A program made the translations under genes and the position numbers. The notes beneath the pieces were generated by a model. That model saw only the letters and a program-made list of their open reading frames with translations. It did not search any database and had not been told where the DNA came from. This document shows, piece by piece, positions 1-11,446 of a DNA stretch of 64,000 nucleotides. Each line of letters begins with the position of its first letter. The stretch's first letter is position 1. The stretch covers positions 6,510,001-6,574,000 of the forward strand of contig NC_043011.1 of NCBI RefSeq assembly GCF_006345805.1, written 5' to 3'. Source of the stretch: Octopus sinensis. Its lineage: Eukaryota.

Positions 1-876
1 TCTCTCTCTCTCTACCTTACCCCCCACCACACACCATTCAAATGCCACTCTGACAAACACCTACAATGACAGCTTTTTCAAGTCAGGTTTATTTACTTGC
101 TGCCTGTCTTCAAATTGAGGGGGTTTTTAACCTGACAACTCAAGACACCTCTTCGTCCCCTTCCCCAACCCTGGTTGTTCTCTGTTTTCCCCCTCCCCCT
201 CCAACCTTTCTTATCAATGCTGACTCATTCAACATTTCACTGGGGTGGGGAATCTGATGTGTGTTTTTTTTTTATTTTAATAAAAGACATTACACCCAAC
301 ATTGACTCTTCTCTCAACATTACTATCATTTCAAAAGGTATGAGCAGAATTGCGACCTATGTCTCCCCTCCTACTGGCTCTACGTCCTGAGTTCAAATCC
401 TGCCAAGGTCATCCTTTTGGGGTTCCATACAATAAAGACCCAGTCAAACAGTTGAGTTAATGATGTCAACTTACCCCCCCCCCCCCCTTCAAAATTGTCG
501 ATCCTTTGGCCTCAATCAGAAACCATTATTCAAAGGAAGGAAGCTGGCTGAATCTTTTGAGCAGCATTTGTTCTGATGCTTTTCATTCTGAGTTCAAATC
601 CTACCTATGTCACTTTTGTCATTCTTCCAGGGTGCATAAAATAAAGGACAATACTAGAATGAAAGGTGTTGGTGACCACCTCCCTCAAAATAGTTGGCCT
701 TGGGCCTAAGTCAGAAATTAATATTATTTCAGTGATGTTAAGGTAACGAGCTGACAGAATCGTTAACAAGCTGGACAAAATGCTTCGCGGCATTTGTTGT
801 CCTTACGTCCTGAGTTCAAATTCTGCTTGGTGAATTGATTCGTTATCACCTGAGTCAATTATATCTTATCCTTTAA

Positions 877-1107
877 GGTGGCGAGCTGGCAGAATCGTTA
901 GCACGCCGGGCGAAATGCTTTGCGGTATTTCGTCTGCCGCTGCGTTCTGAGTTCAAATTCCGCCGAGGTCGACTTTGCCTTTCATCGTTTCGGGGTCGAT
1001 AAGTTAAGTACCAGTTACACACTGGGGTCGTTGTAATCGACTTAATTCGTTTGTCTATCTTTGTTTGTCCTCTCTGTGTTTAGCCCCTTGTGGGTAATAA
1101 GAAAACA
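877..1107 (+). mobile_element. tRNA-derived SINE (family A, GGCGAGCTGGCAGAATCGTTAGC head) with target-site duplication
   Basis: A/B-box-like head, central GACTTTGCCTTTCATC..GGTCGATAA body, A-rich end. ATATCTTATCCTTTAA flanks it at 861-876 and 1109-1124. Confidence 0.85.
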
Positions 1108-1864
1108 TATATCTTATCCTTTAATGCCCCTTGGAACTATATTTTATTAACCTTGAAGGGATAAAAAATTTAATCAACTCTGACTAGATTTGAACTCTGA
1201 AACTAAATACAACCTTTTCTGATTCTCTCCTACTTTTGACATTCCACTGTCTTTGAGTGAAATAATGGGTTCTGCTTTAGATACAAGGCCAGCAATTTTG
1301 AGTGGAGGGGGCTTCAGGGATCACATCCATTCCAGTATTTGACAGGGATTTTATTTTATTAACCCTTTTGATCTCATAAAGTGTTAGAACAAATACTGCT
1401 CTAATTATTAACAATTAAATATCTTGCAGTGTTGATCTCATTGGAGATTTAGCTGCTTTTCCTAACAGGTCAAGAGGTTGCATAGAGATCCCCGTTGTTT
1501 TCGCTTTTGAAGTTGTCTGTAGATATACTTTATTGTGAACGGTTCTGTATCTCCTTGTTCTGAGTTCAAATTCTGCAGATGTTAGTTAAACAAAATACAC
1601 ATTCATCATCATCATCGTTATCATTTAATGTCTGCTTTCCATGCTGGCAATGGTTAGACTGGAACTGGCAATCCGAGAGCTGTTCCAGGCTCCAGTGTGA
1701 TTTTGGCTTCGTTTGTGTGGCTGCAATGCCCTTCCTAATGCCAACCACTCCAAGAGTGTAGGGGTTACCTTTAATGTGCCACTAGCATGGGTGCCGTTTG
1801 CATGCCACCAACATGGGTGCTTTTGTGTCACTGACACTGGCCACAACTAGGATTTCACTTGATG

Positions 1865-4545
1865 AGTCTTCTCAAGCACAGCAAATCACCCAAAGGACTT
1901 GATCACATGTCATCACCTCCGTGAGACCCAACTTTCTAAGATCAGGCTTCACCACCTCCTCTCATGTCTTCCTGGTCTACCTCTACCAGAGGTTCCCTCC
2001 ACAGTTAGAGATCGGCTTTTCTTTACACAGCTGTCCTTGTCCATATGCATCACATGACCATACCAGCACAGTTGTCTCTCTTGCACACCACATCTGATTC
2101 CTCTTTTGCTTAACTTTACTCTCAAGATGCTTATGCTCTGTCATACATGCTCACTGACATTGCACATCCAGTGAAGCATACTAGCTTTATTTCTTTCAAG
2201 CCTTCGCATCTCATCTGCAGTCACAGCCCATGTCTCACTACCATGTAGCATGGCACACAGGCATCATATAGTCTGCCCTTGTGCGGTGAGCTGGCAGAAA
2301 CGTTAGCACACCGGGCGAAATGCGTAGCCGTATTTCGTCTGTCGTTACGTTGTGAGTTCAAATTCTGCCGAGGTCGACTTTGCCTTTCATCCTTCCGGGG
2401 TCGATAAATTAAGTACCAGTTACGCACTGGGATCGATGTAATTGACTTAATACTTATGTCTGTCCTTGTTTGTCCTCTCTGTGTTTAGCCCCTTGTGGGT
2501 AATAAAGAAAATATATATAGTCTGCCCTTCACTCTGAGGGAGAGGCCCTTAGTTACCAAAAAAGGTAGATGTTCTCTGAACTTTGCTCAGCCTATTCTTA
2601 TTCTAGTAGCTATGATCTCAGAGCATCCACCTCCACTGCTGACTTGGTCACCTAGGTAACAGAAGCTGTCATCTACTTCTAGGGTTTCTCCTCTGGCATT
2701 TGATGGAGTCTATTTTCTGTACATTTCTAGTGTTTATTGTACCTGTACATCTGCCAAACACAAAGACTATTTTCCTCATTAACCTTCCTCTGATATTGTT
2801 GCACCTCTTATGTATCCATAGCTTGCACCAGGAGTTTCTACAAATCGAGCAGGGCCATCTACCTGAAGGGATTTGTGATTTGTCTGCTTTCCTACTTACT
2901 AAGACTTTGGTTTTTGCTTGATTAACTCAAGACCTTGCTTCCACATCTGAAATTTCTTCTCTAGTTCAGGTAGTGATTAAGCTATAAGAACAAGGTCATC
3001 AACATAGAGGAGCCCCCAGGGGCAGCCTGACTTAAATTCTTTTGTTATTGCCTGGAGGACTAAGATGAACAAGAGGGGGATGAGCACTGATCCTTGGTGA
3101 ACTCCTGCTTTTACCCTGAAATCATTGCTATACTTGTCGTCAACCCTCACCTTACTGACAGCATCCCTGTACACCTCTCATCTATCCTTAGTTTACACAA
3201 TGACCACCAGACGAAGGAGCAGAGGACCCTGTTGAAGGCTTTCTCCCTGTCAGCAAAAGCCAAATACAGGGGTTTATTTTTGACTAAGTACTTCTGCAGC
3301 TGCCTTACCAGAAATATAGCATCAGTGGTGCTTCTCCCTGGCATAAAACCAAACTGCATCTCATCTAGACTAACTCCCTTCCTAATTAGTTAGACTATGA
3401 CCTGCTCCATAACTTTCATCACCTGATCCATCTAATTATTTCTATCTAAGGCATCACCTTTGCCTTTGTAGCAGTTGACTATGATGATGTTATACCAGTC
3501 ATTGGATATGACCCCCTTATGTACAACTTGATTGACTATACAGGTGATGGGACCATAATACACACTGCCAGATATCTTAAGCATCCCAGCAGTGATTCCT
3601 GATGGGCTGGGAGGCTTTCCCAGTTTTCATAAATTTATCTAACAAGCTGCTGTCTATTTGGATAGCTGATCCCTCTGTTGGATCCACATTAGTTCTTTAC
3701 ATTTAGCAGCCTTTCATAGAGGCACCTCCAAACCCCTTTCTTTGCAGAGTCACTAACTGTAAGGGAACCGTCTTCCATGTGAATGTACTTCTCTCCTACA
3801 ACAGCACAATTTTCCCTGGCACCCTGTCTTGCAAACCAAAACACTTCAAGTTGCTGATCCTCACACTGCAAAACATTGGCAAACTGCTTCCTTTCTGCTT
3901 CACCCCTGGGTAAGTACACCTGCCTCCTAGCTTCCCTTCTAACTACCTGGTATAATTCCTTGCTCTAATGATCTTGTCAACTACATTGTTCCACCACCAT
4001 GTCACTCTAGGTCTTGTTAGGACTTGGCACCAGCCACACAGTTGCTCTGTGGCTTTCAGCAAGTCGTCGTCTCACAGGAATTGCCAGTTATCCTTTGTTA
4101 CATGTCTGTAAATGCTTCAGTAAAGATGTCTCTAAATCTCTGACTATTCAGAGAATTCTTAAGCTTCCAGGTCCTTCTTTTCCAAACTGGCTTGCTTCTT
4201 GCAATCCTCCGTGCCTGTAGTCTGAAATCACTAATGACTAATCTATGTTGAGGGGTTACATTCTTCACCAAGGAAGGGCTTTGCATTTATGAGCAACCAT
4301 GAATCTTGCTTTCTGGTGAGAATGTAGTCAATCTGGTTAGCATGGTCACTGGATTGATAGGTTATCAGGTGAATGGCTGGTTTCTTGAAGTTGGTGTTGC
4401 AGAGCGTTAGGTCATTCGTATCACAGGGCTCCAGCAGCCTTGTTCCCTCCTCATTTTGGGAACACACACACATATATCACCGTGACCAACCAGGCTATCA
4501 GATGTTGCTACACATCGCTGGTCACAATGCGCTTCACATTGTTTT
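1865..4545 (-). mobile_element. Degenerate RTE-clade LINE (endonuclease, RT and C-terminus fragments)
   Basis: Frameshifted peptides CNTNFKKP..QIDYIL (APE), MQFGFMPGRSTTDAIF, GVHQGSVL.PLLF and LLYVDDL (RT), KGRLYDACV. Confidence 0.9.
2281..2514 (+). mobile_element. SINE family A inserted in the RTE LINE, with 15-bp TSD
   Basis: ATATAGTCTGCCCTT at 2266-2280 and 2515-2529. Confidence 0.88.
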
Positions 4546-4549
4546 AGCC

Positions 4550-4763
4550 TTGAAATAATGCCACCCCACTGGCTAAGCGAACAAGCCAACAGAAGAAAGA
4601 GTGAGAGAAAGTTGTGGCGAAAGAGTACAGCAGGGATCGCCACCACCCCCTACCAGAACCTCGTGGAGCTTTAGGTGTTTTCGCTCAATAAACACTCACA
4701 ACGCCTGGTCTGGGAATCGAAACCGCGAGTCCGCTCCCCTAACCACTGGGCCATTGCGCCTCC
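4550..4763 (-). mobile_element. tRNA-headed SINE (GTGGAGGCGCAATGGCCCAGTGGTTAG head), partial
   Basis: A and B boxes on the minus strand. The body matches 32190-32283. Confidence 0.75.
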
Positions 4764-5186
4764 ACATATATATATATGTGTAGGCACAAGTTTAGCTGTG
4801 TGGTTATGAAGTTTGCTTTCCAACCACATGGTTTAAGGTTCACCTCACTGTGTGACATCTTGGGCAAGTCTCTTACTATGGCCCTGAGCTGGCAAAAGCT
4901 TTGAAAGTGGATTTGGTGGATAAAAACTGAAAGGAAATCTATCATGTATACATGTGTATGTCTGTGTCTCCTTGTCGTGACATCGCATAAAAGTTGTAAA
5001 AAGATCGTTATACAAACTGTGTGAATCAATTCTAAAATTCTGCAAAAACATGTCAGGTGAGGAGGAAGGAATATCTTGCTTGGAAATGGGGGTTGGCAAG
5101 AGGAAGGGTATCTGGCTGTAGAAAATTCAATAAAATGCATCAAACCCATGCATGGAAAAATGGACAGTAAAACGATGATGAATATG

Positions 5187-5218
<32 letters not shown>

Positions 5219-5226
5219 AGGAAATG

Positions 5227-5697
5227 AAGAAAATGCTGACAAAATAATTTAAGTAAGGGAGAGTGTATTTAATTATTTTAAAGTTCTTTTTTTAAACAAA
5301 AAAAGAGAAAAATTGGGTTAGAATACAATGTTCATTTTTTGTGAATGATTTCAGTGTAGAATAAAAAAAGTAAGAGTTTACCGGTTGCGCATTTGTTATG
5401 CTTATCAAAAGATATTTTGAGTGAGATCGAGTTCCTTTCTATTTGATTTTTTTCTCTTATCTGATAAGAGAAAAAAATCAATCAGAAAGGAACTCTATCT
5501 CACTCAAAATATCTTTTGATAAGCATAACAAATGCGCAACCGGTAAACTCTTACTTTTTTTATTCTACACTGAAATCATTCACAAAAAGTGAACATTGTA
5601 TTCTAACCCAATTTTTCTCTTTTTTTGTTTAAAAAAAGAACTTTAAAATAATTAAATACACTCTCCCTTACTTAAATTATTTTGTCAGCATTTTCTT
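5227..5697. repeat. Near-perfect 471-bp palindrome (235-bp arms, 1-nt centre at 5462) with hammerhead-like motifs
   Basis: AAGAAAATGCTGAC... pairs with ...GTCAGCATTTTCTT with only a few mismatches. Confidence 0.95.
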
Positions 5698-5739
5698 TTT
5701 TTATATATCATAACTCGTGTTCCACATCTCCTTTTTTAA

Positions 5740-5760
<21 letters not shown>

Positions 5761-5771
<11 letters not shown>

Positions 5772-5990
5772 TAGAGGGAAACTACTATGTGGACACCCTT
5801 ATGCTAGAAATAGATCCGCTATGGTCTTACCACTAAGAAATGTTCTCAAGAAAAATTTAGCAAAACAACCAAAACGTTTCGGTTGTTTTGCTAAATTTTT
5901 CTTGAGAACATTTCTTAGTGGTAAGACCATAGCGGATCTATTTCTAGCATAAGGGTGTCCACATAGTGGTTTCCCTTTAATATGTATATA
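5761..5990. repeat. 230-bp palindrome centred on AAACGTTT
   Basis: Arms of about 115 bp with three transition mismatches. Follows a (TA)n tract. Confidence 0.93.
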
Positions 5991-6450
5991 ATACAATTTT
6001 ACTGAACCTTCAGTTTTTTTTATATGCTAGACCACTGGTGTGAAATCGATGTTAATTAAATTAATATCTAATTTCTCACCCTGATTTTAAATTTATATAT
6101 ACACACACACATACTCGCACATATGTATATTGCCATTTTTACAATGAAGTCTATCTTTTTTGGGTCAAGCTCCCCTAAAAATCATTGTTGCTTCATATCT
6201 TCCTCACTATCATACACCTGCTTTACCTGATATATTCATCTTCTGCACCTGTTTTAATTCAGGTGTTCATGTTAATTACATTTCACCTGTGTAACATTTA
6301 ATCAGCTCAGTTTACCTTTATTTAACTACTCATCATTCCTGGTTTATTACCTGAAATAATCTTCCAGTAAACATCCATGCCTTTACACTGTTCCCTAAAG
6401 GGCTGGCCTCTCCAGACACCCAACCGCATCATAAGGGTCTAATATCTTCT

Positions 6451-6730
6451 TACATTATTTACATTTGATGGATATTTTTCCTCATCTTGTTTGTTGTTAA
6501 CCCAATATTTCGACCCACAGGCATATGGCGTAGTGGTTAAGAGCACGAGCTATTAACCCCAAGATTCCAATTCCAGGCAGTGACCTGAATAATAATAATA
6601 ACAACAACATTGAAAAATACCTAAGGAATGAGAACCCAAGTTTGAAATTTCCCCAAGACACCTGATGAAGGCTGGAGGGTATATCAGTCGAAATGTAAAT
6701 AATTCCTCATCTCTTAAATATAGAACTGCA
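6451..6730 (+). mobile_element. tRNA-headed SINE-like element with an internal hammerhead core and an inverted copy of its 3' tail
   Basis: A-box TGGCGTAGTGG at 6526-6536, B-box-like remnants, CTGATGA..GAAA core at 6662-6693. A related copy lies at 45030-45237. Confidence 0.65.
6657..6693 (+). ncRNA. Hammerhead ribozyme core, 3'-truncated
   Basis: GACAC-CUGAUGA-A-GGCUG(GAGGGUAUAU)CAGUC-GAAA. Stem III and the cleavage site are deleted in this copy. Confidence 0.6.
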
Positions 6731-6764
6731 ATATCTTCCTAGTTGTAAGGGTTTACTCTTTTTA

Positions 6765-7135
6765 CTTGTTTCAGTCATTTGACTGCAGCCATGCTGGAGC
6801 ACCGCCTTTAATCGAGCAACTCGACCCCAGGACTTATTCTTTTGTAAGCCCAGTACTTATTCTATCTGTCTCTTTTGCCGAACCGCTAAGTGACGGGGAC
6901 GTAAACACACCAGCATCGGTTGTCAAGCAATGCTAGGGGGACAAACACACTCACACACGCATATATATACATATATACGACGGGCTTCTTTCAGTTTCCG
7001 TCTACCAAATCCACTCACAAGGCATTGGTCGGCCCGGGGCTATAGCAGAAGACACTTGCCCAAGATGCCACGCAGTGGGACTGAACCCGGAACCATGTGG
7101 TTGTTAATCAAGCTACTTACCACACAGCCACTCCC
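6765..7135 (-). mobile_element. tRNA-derived SINE family B (GGAGTGGCTGTGTGGTAAG head)
   Basis: Matches copies at 8319-8712, 18633-19040, 41729-42150, 54737-55285 and 56830-57372. Confidence 0.85.
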
Positions 7136-7849
7136 CCTAAATATTTTCTTACTTTGCCATATCTTTTTGTTTCTGTAGTTCCCTGGACCCTCAAAGAGGT
7201 CAATGGTCATATTTAAAGTGAAAGATTACTTAATGAGTAACGAATCTCTCTCATTACTGATGGAGATCCCTTGCATTTTACTCTCTCTCTCTCTCTCTTT
7301 TCCTTTCCAGGCTAAAGTAAAAGGAAGGTTCTAATTAAAGATGGTTTGGTCTCATCATCCAGAGAAATACCTTGTCATGGTTAGCATTAGTGGATGTTTC
7401 TTGTTGCTATGGTAACGTCAGTGGATGTCTTGTTGCCTTAATAGTATCAGCGGCAGCATGCATGGCCACATGGTTATGGTGTTGCATTCATGATCATGAG
7501 ATTGTGTGTTCAATTCCTAGACCAGGTAGCATGTGTCTTTGAGCAAGACACCTCATCTCACATTGCTCTGCAATCACTTGGACACCTGAGGCGTGATACA
7601 CTGTGCATCTGTTCGGACAACATCAATCCAATGGAGAGAGAGAGAGAGAGAGAGTGCAACTCAATGTGCAACACAAACAGTTGATCGAGGTAGAACAAAC
7701 CATTTGTGCAGATTTTTCAAGAATTTGCAGACCTGGCTTTCCAAATGACCACAGAGCAGCTTCCTCCTTGACATACAAAACTTCACGCATTCTTAAGTGT
7801 GTGATATTAACTTTAAAATATAAATGCAAAGCACCTTCCAAGCGTGATT

Positions 7850-8255
7850 GTTGCCAGGGCCATGGATTGGCTCCCGTACTGGTGGTACGTAAAAAGCACC
7901 ATTCGAGCGAGATCGTTGCCAGCATCACCTGACTGGTACATGTACCAGTGGCATGTGAAAAAATAATATTCGAGTGTGGTCATTGCCATTCTGCCGGACT
8001 GGCTCATGTGCAGGTGGTACGTAAAAAACACCTTTGGTTGTTGCCAGAACTGCCTGACTGGCCCTCATGCCGGTGGCACATAAAAGCACTCACTTACACA
8101 CTTGGAGTGGTTGGCATTAGGAAGGGCATCCAGCTGTAGAAACTTTGCCAGATCAAGATTGGAGCCTGGTGTGGCCTTCTGGCTCGCCAGTCCTCAGTCA
8201 AACTGTCCAACCCATGCCAGCAAGGAAAGCGGACGTTAAACGATGATGATAATGA
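7850..8255 (+). mobile_element. SINE family C / RTE-like tail element ending in (GAT)n
   Basis: GTGGCACGTAAAAAGCAC subrepeats and GGAAGGGCATCCAGCTGTAGAAAC..TAAACGATGATGAT end. Other copies at 1605-1800, 8930-9118, 9600-9852, 23600-23880, 24300-24550, 33500-33948, 40575-40785, 45910-46330, 58790-59060 and 63120-63450. Confidence 0.85.
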
Positions 8256-8318
8256 TTTAGAGCTGAATATACTTACACACATACCTACCTACACATCTGA
8301 ATATAAGTTTAATTAACA

Positions 8319-8712
8319 GGAGTGGCTGTGTGGTAAGTAGCTTGCTAACCAACCACATGGTTCTGGGTTCAGTCTCACTGCGTGGCATCTTGGGCAAGTG
8401 TCTTCTGCTATAGCCCCGGGCCGACCAATGCCTTGTGAGTGGATTTGGTAGACGGAAACTGAAAGAAGCCTGTCGTATATATGTATATATATATATATAT
8501 ATATGTGTCTGTGTTTGTTCCCCTAGCCTTGCTTGACAACTGATGCTGGTGTGTTTACGTCCCCGTCACTTAGCGGTTCGGCAAAAAGAGACCGATAGAA
8601 TAAGTACTGGGCTTACAAAAAGAATAAGTCCTGGGGTCGAGTTGCTCGACTAAAGGCGGTGCTCCAGCATGGCCGCAGTCAAATGACTAAAACAAGTAAA
8701 AGAGTAAAAAAG
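8319..8712 (+). mobile_element. SINE family B, full length
   Basis: tRNA-like head, internal (TA)n, ending AAACAAGTAAAAGAGTAAAA. Confidence 0.85.
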
Positions 8713-10212
8713 AGTATATCGTCCAAGAATAAGAAGACAAAAAAAGGGGGGGGGGAGAAAGTGAAAAATATACAAAGATGTGAAATTCTTAGTGTTGTTG
8801 TTAATGATGTCAGCAATGAATTTAAACACATTTTCTCACTTTTTGTCTGAACATGTTGGTTTTTTTTTATATCCCCCTTTTGGGTCACAAGCATGTCCCT
8901 AACTAATCAAAGGATCATTATGTGCTCCTGTGCTGGTGGCATGTAAAAAGCACCCACTACATTCGCGGAGTGGTTGGCGTTAGGAAGGGAATCCAGCTGT
9001 AGAAAGCTTACCAGATCAGATTGGAGCCTGGCACATCCCTCTGGCTTGCCAGTCCTCAGTCAAACCGTCCAAGCCATGCCAGCATGGAAAGTGGACGTTG
9101 AATGATGATAATGATGATTAGCATGCTAGAGAAAATGTTTAACGACACTTCTAGATTTAAGTTTTGAGTTCAAATTCTGCCAAGGTTGCCATTGCCTTTC
9201 ATCATTTTGGACTCAAAAAAAGATGTACTGAGCACTGGAGATGATGTAATGGACGAGCCCCTACCCCACTCAAAATTGCTAGCCTTGTACCACAATTAGT
9301 AAGAATTATCATTATCAAAATGCTTAAAATGTTTTTTTTTTTTTAAAAGTAATGCAAGGAGTAAATATTTCTCACCCTAATTACCTTTATTTGAAAATTT
9401 CCTCACCTTTGTTCTGCTTCCTAAGTAAACAAAAACTGGACACTGCAGAACTATTACTACCATCCCTGCATTGTGACCTCTGACCTTTCTCTCCTCTGGA
9501 ATAGACTTGTCAGATTTAGAAAAAAACAGATAATATGCTCTCTTTGCTCTGACGATTTTTTTCTTTTTTTTCCTTTGAACAAAAAAAAAAAAACATTCGA
9601 GCGGGGTCATTGCAGGCGGCACATAAAAAGCACCATTTGAGCATGGCCGTTGGCCGTTGCCAGTACCACCTAACTGGCCCTCGTGTCGGTGGCATGTAAA
9701 AGCACCCACTACACTCTCGGAGTGGTTGGCGTTAGGAAGGGCATCCAGCTGTAGAAACTCAGCCAGATCAGATTGGAGTCTGGTTCGCCAGACCTCAGTC
9801 AAATCGTCCAACCCATGCTAGCATGGGAAGCGGATGCTAAACGATGATGATGTGTACACAAGTAGTCAGCTATGCCAGGGACACTTGTACCTTCAGTGGA
9901 ATCGAGTGTGACAAGAAGCCGGACTATTTAAACTTCAAGTAGAGTCCATGCGATGGTCTTCCACAATTCCCCAGTTTGAGGTAAGCAATGATTATGCTAA
10001 AAGACCTTTGCCAGTGGCACTGTGACATTGATGTGTGTGGTTCAGTCTGAAGAGCAGCGAGGGTGATTAAAGTGACTAACAAGTAATTCCGGGCCAAAAA
10101 GCTTGTCGACTGAGGGAGGAAACACCCATAACAACTGTTATTTTGTTAATTATTGCAAAGCTGGAAAAATGTTACCAGTTTTTCGTTTTTGGATTTGTGT
10201 GTTGAAGCATAT

Positions 10213-10490
10213 ACTCTTGTTTCTGGAGAGAGTCATTCTCTTTTGATGCCTTATGATTTAACACACTCACCAGTAAAATTTCCACTTATTCCTTTTTTAT
10301 TTTTCTAAAATTTTCATTGCGTCTTGCAACCTTTGCAATAGTTTTGACTCAAAACTACTGAAAATGTTGCAAGATGCAACAAAAATTTTAGGAAAAAAAA
10401 TTTGAGAAAAAATTGGAAATTTTACTGGTGAGTGTGTTAAATTATAAGGCACAAAAAGAAGAGAATGACTCTCTCCAGACACAACAGAGT
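10213..10490. repeat. Foldback element (about 280 bp) with outward-facing hammerhead-like motifs
   Basis: Inverted arms pivot at TAGTTTTG-act-CAAAACTA. Motifs at 10305-10341 (-) and 10355-10391 (+). Confidence 0.85.
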
Positions 10491-10509
10491 TACCGGTATT
10501 ATTTTACAA

Positions 10510-10967
10510 AATATATGTCTATACACCTTTGTATATATTGTGTCTGCACATATATGAATATATAAATGATTGTTCATGTGTCAAGCTGTGTATATAAAAA
10601 CAATTTAACATTAAACTGAAGAATTATACAATAGTTTTTGTTAGAGTATATGTTTATTAGACTTTTACAAGGAAAAAAAAAATTGATAGTGACTTTGAAG
10701 TTTTGAGTCGCTTACCTACCAGACTGTCTGACAAAGGAAAGCGAGTTGAAACTTGAAAGTTACTATCAAACTTTTCCTTGTGAAAGTTTAAATAACATAT
10801 GTATATATATGTGTGTGTGTGTATGTATATATATATATACACACACATATACACACGATTATGGATTTGAAAATGATTTGGATAAATTTTTTTTTCATGT
10901 TTATTACAAGAACACCTTGATGTAGAAAAAAAAATGTGATATCATATCATATATATATTATAGTATA

Positions 10968-11000
<33 letters not shown>

Positions 11001-11446
11001 GATATGCATATTATATATATATAGGTATGTATGTATAATTTCACGTCTGGAATTAAAAAAAAAAGGTAAAAACAACCAACAAAACTGACCCATTTTGTTG
11101 CTCTGACCCCTTGACCATCCCCTTCTTGTAACTGGAAGTGATAAAAGTTCAAAATTGATGAAATGTTTCACAAACAATCAAAAAAATAATAGCCATGACT
11201 CTTTAGGGTTTTCATTTTTTTTTCTTTTAGAGGGAGCAGGGTTAGGGGTCACTCAACTTCAGTCTATTTTCTTTTTTTTTTTAATTGTTTATTTTATTTT
11301 ATTGGTTTTGGGCCGAAATACATTTTTTTTTTACAATGTATTTTATTCAATTTTTGTTTATATATATATATATTTAGATATATGTTTTATATATTTTAAT
11401 GCCCCATTTTATTATTATTATTTTTGATCATTTTTTTTTTGTTTTG
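10510..11446 (-). other. Probable 3' UTR of the ADGRA gene with several candidate AATAAA signals
   Basis: AT-rich, TE-free stretch after the stop. Minus-strand AATAAA at 11408-11413, 11342-11347, 10900-10905 and 10653-10658. The true 3' end is not determinable from sequence. Confidence 0.45.

Noticed and set aside
6521-6580. tRNA genes at SINE heads (also 877, 4740, 8319 and 19721)
   Set aside because: A/B-box-like motifs only. No complete cloverleaf, and each continues into SINE body sequence.
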